From: the human T2T-CHM13v2.0 reference genome, Homo sapiens
DNA: 64,000 nucleotides
Reading direction: 5' to 3' (one strand)
Assembly (NCBI RefSeq): GCF_009914755.1
Contig: NC_060942.1
The position numbers and the translations under genes were made by a program. Positions within the stretch are counted from its first letter, which is position 1. Each line of letters starts with the position of its first letter. Below, piece by piece: positions 44,916-59,968 of this stretch. Under the pieces are notes generated by a model. The model was not told the DNA's origin and ran no database searches. It saw nothing but the letters and a program-made list of their open reading frames with translations.

Positions 44916-46916
44916 CAAGGAAATCGGAGAGGACAAACAAATTGAAAAACATTTTATGCTCATGGATAAGAAGAATCAATATCAGGAAAATGGCCATACT
45001 GCCTGATATGGTTTGACTGTGTCCCCACCCAAATCTCAACTTGAATTGTATCCCCCAGAATTCCCATGTGTTGTGGGAGGGACCCAGGGGGAAGTAATTG
45101 AATCATGGGGGCCAGTCTTTCCCGTGCTATATTCATGATAGTGAATAAGTCTCACGAGAACTGATGGGTTTATCAGGAGTTTCTGCTTTTGCTTCTTCCT
45201 CACTTCTCTCTTGCTGCTGCATGTTAGAAGTGCCTTTCACCTCCCGCCATAATTCCGAGGCCTCCCCAGGTATGTGGAACTGTAAGTCCAATTAAACCAC
45301 ATGAAAATGAACTAATAAACTGCCCAAAGCCGTTATAGATTCAATGCTATTCTCATTAAACTACCATTGACATTCTTTACAGAATTAGAAAAATCTATTT
45401 TAAAATTCATATGGAACCAAAAAAAGAGCCTGTGTAGCCAAGACAATCCTAAGCAAAAAGAACAAAGCTGGAGGCATCACACTACCCGACTTCAAATGAT
45501 ACTATAAAATAAATTTACAGTAACCAAAACAGCATGGTACTGGTACAAAAGCAGACATATAGAACAATGGAACAGAATAGAGAACTCAGAAATAAGTCCA
45601 CACGTATACATCCATCTGATCTTTGACAAACTTGACAAAAACAAGCAATGTGGAAAGGATTCCCTATTTAATAAATGGTGCTGGGAGAACTGGTTAGCCA
45701 TATGCAGAAGATTGAATCTAGACCCCTTCCTTACACTTTATACAAAAAATTAACTCAAGATGAATTAAAGACTTAAATGTAAAACCCAAAACTATAAAAA
45801 CCCTAGAAGAAAATCCAGGCTATGCCATTCAGGACACAGTCAGGGGCAAAGATTTCATGGCCAAAAAGTTAAAAGCAGTTGCAACAAAAGACAAAATTGA
45901 CAAATGGGATCTAATTAAAGTAAAGAGCTTCTGCACAGCAAAAGAAACTATCATCAGAGCAAACAGACAAACTGCAGAATGGGAGAAAAATTTTGCAATC
46001 TATCCATCTGACAAAGGTCTAATATCCACAGTCTACAAGGAATTTAAATTTACAAGATTAAAAACAACCCCATTAAAAAGTGGGCAAAGGACATGAACAG
46101 ACACTTCTCAAAGAAGACATTTATGCAACAAACATGTGAAAAAAAGCTCAACATCACTGATAATCAGAGAATGTGAATCAAAACCACAATAAGATACCAT
46201 TTCAAGCCAATCAGAATGGCCATTATGAAATAGTCAAGAAACAGCAGATACTGGCGAGGCTACAGAGAGAGGAATGTTTTTACATTGTTGGTGGGAATGT
46301 AAATTAGTTCAACCATTGTGGAAGACAGTGTGGCGATTCCTCAAAGATCTAGAACCAGCAATACCATTTGACCCAGCAATCCCATTACTGGGTATATATC
46401 CAAAGGATTATAAATCATTCAATTGTAAAGATACACGCACATGTATATTTATTGCAGCACTATTCACAATAGCAAAGACATGGAATCAACCCAAATGCCC
46501 GTCAATAACAGACTGGATAAAGAAAATGTGGTACATGTACACCATGGAATACTATGCAGCCATAAAAAGGAATGAGTTCATGTCCTTTGCAGGGACATGG
46601 AAGGAGCTGGAAGCCATCATCCTTAGCAAACACAGGAACAGAAAACCAAACACTGCACGTGTTTGGGAGCCGAACAATGAGAACACATGGACACATAGAG
46701 GGAAACAACATACACTGGGGCCTATCAGTGGTGGGGAGGGGGTGGGAGGGTGATCATCAGGAAAAATAGCTAACGCATGCTGGACTTAATACTTAGGTGA
46801 TGGCTTGATGGGTGCAGCAAACCACCATGCCACACATTTTCCTATATAATAAACCTGAACATCTTGCACATGTACCCCGGAACTTAAAATCAAATTTCAA
46901 AAATAAAAAAAGAAAA
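44916..46916 (+). mobile_element. 5'-truncated L1 (older L1PA type): ORF2 3' end, 3' UTR, A tail
   Basis: ORF2 peptides [19 protein letters not shown] and HCWWECKLVQPLWKTVWRFLKDL...WNQPKCPS...YTMEYYAAIK, with frameshifts; G-rich 3' UTR and A tail. Confidence 0.93.
45004..45319 (+). mobile_element. THE1-family (ERVL-MaLR) solo LTR nested in the L1
   Basis: TGATATGGTTTG...CCCCACCCAAATCTC start; 5-bp TSD CTGCC at 44999-45003 and 45320-45324; short internal deletion near the 3' end. Confidence 0.9.
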
Positions 46917-47549
46917 GGCCTCAAAAAATTACACTATGATTCAGCATCAAAATGAAAGTTATTTCATAAGCAGGAAGGCATGAAAGCAAAGTGGAAGGAA
47001 CTAAATTTGATTTTGGTGATACAAATTTTCTTTTTGTCTTGGAGAAATGATCGGTTTTCTATTTTCTTGCAAAGCAGCAACCAGGTGATTTATAGAACCC
47101 AAGAAGAAAGACACTCACAAGTGGATGAAGGGTGCTGTTTTGTTACTAAGAAATGTGCAAAAAAAAAAATTCCTATAATAGGCCAATAAAGCAACAAATT
47201 TGTTCCTGGGTCAGTTAGGGAGAGACGGTAGGCTGGGGACAAAGCTAGGGTGGAGAGGTAACCCGGCTCTGGGGACTGAGACTGCCATGTCTGCTGTACT
47301 GACTTCTGATCCAGTCCAGTCCTGCTAAAGCAAAGGGCATGGAGAGATCAAGAAGGCCCCATAGGTGCCTGGGACTCTCCACTGTCCCTCTCAATGGCCA
47401 AAGCACCTCTGAGTGACAGGAGGAGGAATGGTGGTTAGCGAGAGGGCACAAATGGGCAGATTGGTGCCACCACTTAATTAGCATTTTTTCTGTTATCTGG
47501 AACTTGCCCTGGTCACTTGGGAGACTTGAGCAGAAGAGAATCCTTGTCT

Positions 47550-48090
<541 letters not shown>

Positions 48091-48789
48091 CTCCAGCTGC
48101 ATTTTCCCAGTGCCCTCTGGGCTGGCCCCAAATCTCTGACCCAAGGGGAATCTGGATGCCCTCTGGACTGGTCCAAAATCTCTGACCCAGCAAAGTGAGG
48201 AAGGGGATTTTTAGCAACTGGAGTCCACAGTTCCATCTGCAGAGATTTTTAAGGCATGAGCCTGTGGTCTCTGTGATAAGAAACCATTTCATGCCCCTTC
48301 ACTTAAAATCCAATTAAGTATCTCTCTCAATTCTTCCTGTGTAATATCTGCCTGATGATAATAATAGTAATAATAGTATTTATTGAGTTCTTACTATGTG
48401 CCAGGGATATGTATTTCATGTATATGTCTCATTGAATACTTACCATAGTCATGGAAGGTAAGTATTATTACCTGAACTTTACAAATTAGGAAACTTAGGC
48501 TCAAGTTCACCCATGAAGGAAGGGGCAGAAACAGGATTCAAACTCCAGGTTCTATGGCTAGAAACCTCCTTTTCTTACCTACTACTCACGGTGCATTTCT
48601 CTGAACAAAGACCCCTGACTACCATCTATCCTTATCTTTCCAATCCTTCTACTTTTGTTTTATTCCTGTTCCTAGGGCTGGCCTCCTCTGTCCCCTTCCA
48701 ACCTATATACCACGTAGACCATCAAAGAGCTGCTGCATGGTTCTCCCCTTGTCTCCTGTGTGACTCCTACCATCCTGTAACCTTTTGTC

Positions 48790-48980
48790 TTCCATAACTC
48801 CCTGGGTCTCCCATAACCCCCTGTGTCCCCCATGATCTTCTGTGCCTCCCACATCCCCTGTGCCTCTCACTATTCCCTGGCCTACAGTAGGGCATTCTGC
48901 TGGTCTGACTCTCATGATCCCCTTTGCTTCCCACAATCTCCTGTGCCACCCATGATCCTCTGTGCCTCCCACAATCTACT
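48790..48980 (+). repeat. Degenerate ~19 bp minisatellite
   Basis: Repeated CCCA(T/C)(A/G)ATC(C/T)(C/T)CTGTG(C/T)CT-like units, about 9 copies. Confidence 0.7.
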
Positions 48981-50486
48981 ATGTCCACAGTTAGCAGATA
49001 GTGTCCCCTAAGTACCCCCTTGGTTCCACTGGTTCTCCATGGCTGACTGAATTAGCCCTTCTCCTTAGCCTGGCCACCAAGGGACAGTGGGACCTGTGCT
49101 AGTGAACTCCTGGGTAGGGCCTAAGCTCAGAACCGGGTTCTAGGACTGTCTTCAGTAGAGGCATGGCTAAGGTGCTGTCTCAGTCCCTGCTCTGTCACCA
49201 AGTCCCATCTCTGGCATTCACTGTCTTGTTTGTGTGTGTGTTTCTCAAACACGCCATGAGTGAATGATTCTGAAGTCTTATCTCCTCAATCCCATGCTGA
49301 GCTCCTTTGGGCCTTGCCCCTTGTCTGATGTGAGCAGTCAGCAGCATCTATGTCTTGTGCTCAGTGTGAACACTGCCAGACTGGAATTGTGTCTTAACCA
49401 CACTAATCCCCCGGCTTGACATTTGGACCTTAGGAGGTGATGCAGAAATTGAAGCGGGGCAAGAGTAAAAGAGGGGCAAAGGGGACAGCATGCTACTCTC
49501 TCAGGAGTCAGGTGTGACCTTAAGACCATTGATCAAAGAACTAGTTTGGCATCTGGCTCAGTAAATTCCAGAGGAATCAGTGGCTGCATGATGGAAGACA
49601 AACTGCACGCCGATTCTATTCTCTGCCTGAGTCTAAAACAAAAGTGAAACAGAAAGCAGTTGCTCCCAGGACAGAAAGCAAGTTAATTAAGTTGATGTTC
49701 AAATGATTCTTTATACTAAACACTTTTAATTCAGGATAAATCTTGGCTGAGTTTATCAGTGGCTAAGTGTGCAGGTAGGGGACATTGAAGAGGAAATGAC
49801 AAGCGTACAGAAAGTTTTGTTGGAAGGAGCTATTGGACAGATCTGGGGGGTACCCAGGTTGGAGGGGAGTGCAGTAAATGCCTCTGTGTGTAAGACAATG
49901 GGGGGGAAGATAATGGCGTGGGGGACAAGGAGACAAGGGGAAGAAAGTGACCTGCACCGGAAGATGGGGGAGTGCTTCTTGAGAGAACTCTCCATCAAAG
50001 TGGGGACTATGAGAATTACATTCAGAAGGATGGGCACACAAGCCCCAATGCATCAGAGAAACAATACCCAAGACTTACACCTGAACTTCCCAGCCTAACA
50101 CTGGACTTACAGGAAGACAGAGGGAACATTATTACTGTGACCAAATGGCTCAGAATTTCCTGCCAGGTCCCATTTCAAAAACACTAAGCAAAGAGCTATG
50201 TTGCTTTGCGAATTATTTCACAGAGCTGACCTTAGCCTGCAAGAAAATTATAGCAGAGACCACCAACTTGGGGTGTGTTTGAGATTGTCCAGAGTATGTG
50301 GTTCCTTTAACCCTTAAACATCCCAGATGCTTTTGAGATTACCCTGAAAAGCCTCATGAGGCTCCTGGGGAGGCTGGGGAGTGGGGAGGGAGAATTTTGT
50401 GATGCTAGCCCAAGTCCTGGTAGAGAGCTACCTAGGATAGAGCATGAACAAATGAATGAATGTATCCACTAAGTCCTTTCTTCAAG

Positions 50487-51038
<552 letters not shown>

Positions 51039-51479
51039 AGGACAGGAGGCCCAGAGTTTTGCTGCCACAGAGGTCTGTTCTCAGGGGTCCTGCACAAGCT
51101 CTGGCAGAGACCTGCTCTCTTCTTCTGTGTTCTTATGCTCACTTTGAGCAAAAATGCTCAAGGTGATAAGATGGTGATTTTAGAGCACAATGATAGAACA
51201 CCTGGGGAAAGAACATGGACAAGTTGGAAGAGGAGCGACTCTAAAGTTTGGCAATGGAGCCCGGAGTTTTGAACTCCTCTTGGAAAAGTGAGGTCCTGGG
51301 CATTGGAGCCTGGCTTCCTTAGCATGTATGTGGCAGGGAGAGCTGCAGAGGGCAGTGAGTCGCCTTTAGAAAAGTGTCCTTCAAGTCCTGGCTTGACACA
51401 TGGTACCAGCTGTGCCTTTGACCTGTTTCTTTATTTTAAAATTGAAATAAGAATAATCAAAGATGTTTTCAGGATTCAA

Positions 51480-51712
51480 TAATAATAACACTTAGTAGTG
51501 TTTACCCTAGGCTGGGCACTATTCTAAGTCTATGTATATTAATTCATATAATCCTCATAGTGACCTTAGGAAGCAGGTACTACTATTAACATAAATTTAT
51601 AAATGGAGGCACAAATAGGTTAAGTACCTTGTTCAAGTTCCTACAGCTAGTGAGTGGGAGAGCTGGGGTCTGAACCTAGACAGTCTAGCTCCAAGGTCGA
51701 TGCTGTTAACAA
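51480..51712 (-). mobile_element. MIR SINE
   Basis: GAGGCACAAATAGGTTAAGTACCTTGTTCAAGTTCCTACAGCTAGTGAGTGG, reverse MIR core. Confidence 0.7.
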
Positions 51713-52606
51713 CTAGCCAGTTGTTTGTCAAATATAAAGGGGGGCAGAGAGTAAGAGGCATTCAAATTAAATTCCTTCATTTTCAAACAAATAATTTTCC
51801 CCACGTTTTATCATCTCTATAATCTGCATACGGGTTTTCACCATGTTAGCCAGGCTGGTCTCAAAATCCTGACCACAAATGATCTGCCCATCTCAGCCTC
51901 CCAAAGTGCTGGGATTATAGGCATGAGCCACCGCGCCTGGCCAGTTTACTCTTTAACCTTCTCTCCTTTCTTCTCAAATCCTCCTTCCATGGGGCGTTGC
52001 TTAATCACACTATCTGGAGTCTTTCCCCAAACCTCGCTATCTGCTTGTCTGCTTTTCTTTATTTTGTGGATTGATTGTCCGCTCCTTCTGGATGTGAGCT
52101 CTAGGAGGGAAGGCATTTTAGTCTGGTTGTGTTTCTTATTTGTTAGTTTTGCTGCTGTACACCCGGTATCTAGAATAGATATCAGACACCTCGGACATGG
52201 TGGCCCCCAACAAATAGTCCTTCTATGAATGAAAGAATGAGGAATGAGGACTCGTTGGAGATTCTTGCTTGGTGTTTAAAGAAGGTTCAGTCTGAGATTA
52301 TTTGCTCATCCTTAGAAGCAGGAGGCCGTGGAGAGAGGGAGGCGAGGTGGAAGGTCCACGGGCCTGCATTCTAGGCCTTCGCTCATTAGAAATCCAAGGG
52401 CAGTGGCCAATCTCTGGAAAAACTATGACAGAAGAATAACATTTGACAGAATGCCAGAAAGCATCTAGATAAATTTTGTCAATTAAAAAAATGAGGAAAG
52501 AAAAAAACAAATGCAAGCACAAATTTTGACTAAATCCTAGGTTTAAAAAAACACTGCTATTAAAGAGAATTGGGGGATAATTGGGAAATTTGAAACTAAG
52601 TTCAAT

Positions 52607-52915
52607 GGACCGAGCATGGTGGTTCACGCCTGTAATCCCAGCACTTTAGGAGGCCGAGGCAGGTGGATCACTTGAGGCCAGGAGTTTGAGACCAGCCTGG
52701 CCAACATGGGGAAACCCTGTCTCTACTAAAAAAATACAAAAATTAGCCAGGCATGGTGGTGTGCACCTGTACTCCCAGATACTCAGGAGGTTGAGGCAGG
52801 AGAATCACTTGAACCTGGAGGAAGAGGTTGCGATGAGCCAAGATTGCGCCACTGCACTCCAGCCTAGGTGACAGAGCGAGACTCTGTCTCAAGGCAAAAA
52901 AAGAAAGAAAAAGGA
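52607..52915 (+). mobile_element. AluS element
   Basis: Full dimer with A-rich tail inside L1M-like sequence. Confidence 0.88.
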
Positions 52916-54066
52916 AATAAGCTAAATAGTGCTATTAGAGAATTACTGTAAACTTAGCTCTGATAATGGTACGCAGGTTAAGTAGAGTACTCCTAAATTC
53001 TTTGGGGATGTGTGCTGAAGTGTTTAGGGGAGAAATATCACCATGTGCACAATTTATTTTCAACTGCCTTCTGAGAGTGGGCACTGCTCATTCATATGAT
53101 GACTCTCTCCCATGATCACTGCAATCAAGCCCCTGCACCTATGCACCACCAGTGTTCTGAGCCTGTCTCCAGCCATAAGAAGAGGAACTTTTGTGGGAGA
53201 AGGTGATGCGTGTGTAAATGCAGAGATGAAACCAAGACTCGCTGTCAACACTCTGTTTTCACTTGGGTCCTGGCTTGTGACATTGGGTTGAAAGTGATTT
53301 TGATTCTCTTAATAACAAATCTGAGGCTGCAGCAACCCAGCTTCCTTCCAGCCCCACTGGGCTTGGCATGGTCCCTGCACATGGCAAATTAGGATCCTTT
53401 GTTATCTTTACTGGTAAATAACCAGTTAGTCCTACAGTCCATGCCCTTTGTCATTTCTCTATATCTAACTTTGTTTTTTCCTATTTACTTATTTCTTATT
53501 TTTAGAGACAGTGGACTCGCTATGTTGTCCAGGCTGGACTCAAACTCCTGAGCTCAAGGGACCCTCTTGCCTCAGTCTCTTGAACTAGTCATGATTAAAG
53601 ATGAATTCATCTCCTGTTTCACTTAAGGTTTGAGAGCAAATGACAAGCAAGTATTCTCAGCTTTACTACACAGAGAGGAAACTAAAGCCTCAGAAATATG
53701 ATGTTATTTTTGTCCAAAGGCAAAAATCCAAATGACAAAGAGTCTTGAATGAGACCCAGGATCCCCAGTCCCCAAACTTCAGCATTCCTCATGGCAAAAG
53801 TTTGGCATTCTTCATTGGAACTGATTACTTTTTTTCCCCCCATTTAACAAAGCCTGCAGCTCATGGCAGGAAGATGAGAAAACCATGGAGCGAATCACCC
53901 ACAATGATTGGAGCCTGCTTCCAGCTGCAGCTAGTGGAAAGTTACCTGATTTTCACTGTTGGTGAAGCCCAGTCTTGCAGCCTGTATCTGAATATACACA
54001 TTAGGGATTGAGACATTCTAAATTAAACTTCAACCTTCCAAGATTCACATCTACCTTATTTTTTAA

Positions 54067-54415
<349 letters not shown>

Positions 54416-55529
54416 TAGAGTTGTGTGATTTGCCAGAAGTTTGATAAACATTCATCGTGTCTCTGAAATTCAGAATCCTTGCAAGTACCGTGGCTAGGAA
54501 TGTAAAGAAAATCATCTGAAAGCTGAACATGTGTCTTCATCCTGGTTTTCTAAATGAAGGGAAAACCATATCAGCAAAAATGCTGATGAAAGTGACCTGG
54601 AAAATGTGGGACGAGGCCTGGGGGTGGGAGGGGTTTATCCTGCCCTTTGAAAGAACGTCTTTGAAAGAACGTCTTTCTTTCAAAGGGCAGGACAACGGGG
54701 AGCCCTGAGGAATCTGTTTCACTTTAAAGGAGAAAAAACAACAGTTTTTTCTTCTTTAAAAAGGCACTCACCTTTATTTCTTAAAAAATGAAAAGTCACT
54801 TTTTTCTTTCTTTCCCAGACAGAGTCTTATTCTAGTGCCCAGGCTGAAAAAAAGCGCTGTGCACTTTTCAGAATTTCTTTTCAGAATTAGGATGGCTGAA
54901 ATCAGGAGAAGCAACTTTAAAAGTGCACAGCAAGTTTGCAAAGGCAGTGCCAACACTGCAGCGCCAGAAATGTGACCATAAAAAAAAATCCCATTGACAC
55001 CATATTTATCCACCGACGCTGCGGAGCACAGGGCTTTGGCGATTTCCAGAGAGCCCTCGGGATGTTTTTCTCGCCTCGGGGTGCACTGTTTGGGCTCTTC
55101 CCATAGGAACTGAAGGCCAGTCCCTCAGCCCTGTGGTAGGGCCCTGTCTTCTGTAGGGCCAAGTGTGCAGGATCTCTCAGGTAGTCATAGGCAACCTGAA
55201 GGAACTTAGTCCCCCCAGGACCCTAGGGAGCATGCCAGGAACAAACAGTGGTGCCCACTCACTGTGCCCATTTCTTGAGTTCAGCTCTTTGACAAGAAAA
55301 AAAAAGGCCATTAGTATATTTTTTCATTTTTACCTGAAAAGAAATATGACAACTAACAGGAAGTATGACACTAGCAGGATGACAATACCTGCTAGTGAAA
55401 TTAAGGCCACCCAGCTCCTCAGATCATCATCAACTGGAATGACCAGACCTCACTTCAGCTTGCATTTGTGTTTACTAGAGAGAGCAACGAGGAGTTTCCT
55501 TTTAAAGAATAAGAAGGCAAAATAGCAAT

Positions 55530-55709
55530 GTGGTGTGAAATCTCATCTCTACAAAAAAGTACAAAAATTAGTCAGGTGTGGGCACCTGTATCCCAGCTAC
55601 TGGGGAGACTGAGGCAGGGGGATCCCTTGAGCCCAGAAGGTCGAGGCTGCAGTGAGCTGTGATCATGTCACTGCACTCCTGCCTGGGTAACAGATTGAGA
55701 CCCTGCCTC

Positions 55710-55742
<33 letters not shown>

Positions 55743-55818
55743 GGAAAGGAAGGAATGAAGGAATGAGAGAGAGAGAGAGAGAGAGAGATTGAGAAAGTTG
55801 AAAGAAAGACGAAAGAAA

Positions 55819-55850
<32 letters not shown>

Positions 55851-55945
55851 AAAGAAAGAAAAGAAAGGAGGGAGGGAGGGAAGGAAGGAAGGAAGGAATG
55901 GAAGGAAGCAAGGAAAAGAAAGAAAGAAAAACAAAATAACAAAAT
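55530..55945 (+). repeat. Partial Alu with expanded polypurine tail: (AAAAG)n, (GA)n, (GAAA)n, (GGAA)n
   Basis: Alu right arm at about 55565-55709, then about 230 nt that are almost entirely A/G. Confidence 0.9.
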
Positions 55946-55994
55946 GACCTGAGAAGGAAAAGAAATAATCAGAGACATTAAAAATAATCGCCGG

Positions 55995-56501
<507 letters not shown>

Positions 56502-56639
56502 TTAACTACGTCAGAAATGACCAGTTCAAGAGGAGAATGAGATTGGCTTCCAAATGTTGGTCAAGAGCTCTACGTAGCATGAGCCAAGGATCTATTGAAC
56601 TTAGTAGGCTCCTGTGACCGGTGACTCTTCTGTCTCTAG

Positions 56640-56990
56640 AAATCTGGGGAGGTGACCAGGTCATACATGGCAGTCTTCCCGTGAGGAACGTTAAACTGGT
56701 TGGAAGTTGGGGTTCTGAGGGGAAGGTGTATTCACTAGGTGACCTGTCTTCTCTGCCTCGGTGGCCTCCATGGCTGCCTGCTGGCCGCACACCCCCACTC
56801 AGCAGAGGAATGGACTTTCCAATCTTGCTGAGTGTGTTTGACCAAAGGTGGTGCTGACTTAGTGGCCTAAGGTCGTGCCCTCCCTCCCCCACTGAATCGA
56901 TAAATAATGCGACTTATCAGAAAGAGAAAGAATTGTTTACTTTTAAACCCTGGATCCCATAAAGGGAGAGGGGAGAGGCCTAAAGCCACA
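56640..56990 (+). promoter_or_regulatory. MIR122HG: Liver-specific promoter of pri-miR-122
   Basis: DR2 AGGTGA-CC-AGGTCA 56650-56663; TGGACTTTCC 56811-56820 (HNF4/NF-kB-like); DR1-like TGACCAAAGGTGG 56839-56851; ONECUT AATCGATA 56895-56902; GATA TTATCA 56914-56919; FOXA TGTTTACTTT 56934-56943; TATA-like CATAAAG 56958-56964. Position ~4.8 kb upstream of the hairpin agrees with the TSS distance I recall for pri-miR-122. Confidence 0.8.
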
Positions 56991-59882
56991 GAAGCTGTGG
57001 AAGGCGCCATCCTGCCTGCCACAGGAAGGGCCTTGGACTGAGAGGACCGGAGCTGACTGGGGGTAAGTGCGGCTCTCCCCCGGCGCCTGCCGACCCCCCT
57101 GAGTGATCAGGCCGTTCTTTGGGGTGGCCGCTGACCGAGAAATGACGGGAGGCTGCTGACTCCGGTGTTGAAAAAGATGCCACCCAGCGCCTGAGCAACA
57201 GGAGGTGTTGAACACACCATAACTTTGTCTTCCATGATTATTCTGTTTCCTCAGAAAGCTTGAGGAAAACTGGAGACTTTCTTTAGAGAGAGTAACAGAT
57301 GGTTTCCGTTTAAAGAAAAATAACAAAATGGCTTAAGGAGGAAAAGAAATGATCACCCTGCAGAGGGAGAGAGGATGAGGCTGGGGAGGAGCTGAGGGCT
57401 CAGGGACGGTGTGGGGTTTTATTTCTGCCCTTGGAGTGGCTGGACATTAAGCCAGTTCTTGTTTTTACGATGGCCTGATTCAGCAATAACACCAAACCTT
57501 CAAACAAAATGCCGGCATTAGAGTCGTTCCTTTGGCATGCCTCTGTCCAGGTCATGTTGTTCCCTCAATAGCACTAAAAATAGCTGGACACCTGTGCAGA
57601 AATGAGACAGTTCCTTAGGAATCCCCAAGCCTCAGCAATTCTCTTTAAAAAGAGTCCGTGGAGGCCCCAACTTGGCTAAAAATGTACCCAGTGATTCCTT
57701 CTTCACCACTGATTGGTGAGAAACACAGGCATGAATAGGTGCATGAATAGGGAACTTTCCAGATTTCCCTTCTAGATGGATTTCAATGAGGAAAGAAATG
57801 CTGCTTTGCTCCCTGTTGACAAGAACATTCTATTTTAAAATTTCCATGCACTTTCAAAATGACAAGACTCAGAAGCATAATACCAACTTCCTTTGTCATG
57901 TAGACTAACAGCCTAAAATAATCAAATGGATGCATTTAACACATCTATTTTAAATGGCAGTAAACGTGGATTCAGAGTAAAAAGCATCTCCACTTATCTT
58001 TCACTTTTTAAGAAATTTTTTTTTGGTACTGATGGGTTAGGTTTGCAGCAAGGTGACACTTCACAGTCCCCAAAGCACCCAAACCCCTATGGGGTTGGCC
58101 CTAGAATGCTCTCAGCCCCTGGGAACAACATCTTAAAGCAAAGACAAGCTGCTCGTGCCCAGATCTGACCTGAGAAAGTGAGTGTTGCGATATTCCTGGT
58201 ACTTGTGAATCTAAGACGTCACGCTGGGAGCTGTGGTGCATACAGAATGCGTACAGAGTGGTGAATTTGCTGGAGGGTCTGGCTTTGTAAAAGCTTCCTC
58301 CTTAATGAGCTTTTTTTCTCACTTATGAAAAGAAATGCAGGGCATTAAAAGAGGAGCAAACCAAATCTAGCCTGTTTTTCATACTCACGGATCCAGTGGG
58401 AAAGCTGCATTCTGAATTGGCCACAGCAGCTAGAGATGCCTGGAGATTTCATCACTGTTGGGAAGACGAGTGCAGGAAGATGACAGCACACAGAAATTTC
58501 GTGTGTGTGTTTTCTTTAGAAATGGGATCTCAAACAACTGGGCTCAAGGGATCCTCCTGCCTAAGACTCCTGAGTAGCTGAGACTCCAGGAGAAATTTAG
58601 TATTAATAGACTGCCATTCAGGAATGGCTAGCACTCAACCTTTCTCAGGGAGATCTCAGGAAGTAAGGCATAAAGAGAGATGGTGGGAGATTTATGTGGA
58701 TGGGATCGGGGCCCAGGGAAGCTAAACAGAATCCCTCAAGGCCTTTTCCACACTGTAGAAAATTGTGCTGGCATTTGGACAAGTCACCCTGCTTAATATC
58801 AAACATCTTTGCCTTAAGCATTATTTTTTCAAAGGAAATAACGTGTTAATACTTCCCAACCAGTGTATAATGTTTCTGTTTGTTATTAGCTCGTACTATT
58901 TAAGTTCAGTTGTTAAGTTTGAAAATACTAGAACATTAAAAATCTGCAGAATGAGAAATTATTTTGTGAATGTTTAAAATATTCAAAAGTGGATCCTGGC
59001 ACTAACCACTTTTAATTTATTTTACTAGCGATATATTATTGGATGACTTTTTTTTTTAAAAAAAGAAAACCTTCTGCTTGTTTGTTTAAACTGCTTTGTA
59101 AATTGACAGTTTAACCACCTCTGCAGAAACAAAGTAGTAATAAAAGATGTTGGCCATTTTAGCAATGTTTAAAAATTGCTCACAAGACAGAAAATGATTG
59201 GCACTCAATATGTGTTTAGTGATTGATGCAATAATACCATAAAATTATTGTACTGCATAATAAAGTATTTCACTAATAATTTGCTAAAAAATTAGCCTGA
59301 GGCCTGCCACTCAGCCCAGCACTAACTTTTCATGCTTGTGACAAGTTGTATATGAGCAGGATGGGTTCCAACCTTCCCAATTTCAGAAGAGTATTTTGCA
59401 AGAAGGAATTTGTATTGAGAGTCCAGAAAGAAAATTGCCTAAAAGTTTTTAAATCCTCATTTTTCTCAATAAAAAAGTGCCATATGAATCATAAATTAAC
59501 AAATGCACACAAAAGGAGAAAATGAAAACAAACCATAATTTCTCTACTGAAAGATAACCATGGTTAACATTTGATGTTTTGGCCTCAGGCATGTATGCAT
59601 TTTTTCACAGAAAGGGACTCATACTGTGTATATTGTTTTATAAACTGTTTTTTAATTCAATAACATATCTTGAATTTCCAAGTCTACCAGACTTTTCTAC
59701 AGAATCAATTTAAATAATTATGGTCTATCATAAATATATTACTCTTCTCCTATAGCTGGACATTTAGGTTGTTTCCAATGTTTACCCTTATAAACAATGC
59801 CACTATGAGCAACCTTATAGGTAAATCTTTCTACAAATTTTTGACATTTTCCTGGAGATAGATTTCTGGGCCATAGAAATTG

Positions 59883-59968
59883 AGGTTGATTTGGGGTGGG
59901 GGGAGTTGGTAAGATTTACCTGTAAAGGTTGATTTGGGGGGTGGGGAGTTGGTAAGATTTACCTGTAA
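59883..59968 (+). repeat. Tandem duplication, 2 x 43 bp, G-rich
   Basis: AGGTTGATTT-G4TG6-AGTTGGTAAGATTTACCTGTAA followed by the same unit with G6TG4. Confidence 0.93.

Noticed and set aside
45857-46753. ORFs with retroelement-like protein sequence
   Set aside because: Frameshifted fragments of L1 ORF2 in a 5'-truncated element, not a gene.
48790-48980. Short repeated units as a CRISPR-like array
   Set aside because: Eukaryotic context; degenerate tandem units with no unique spacers.
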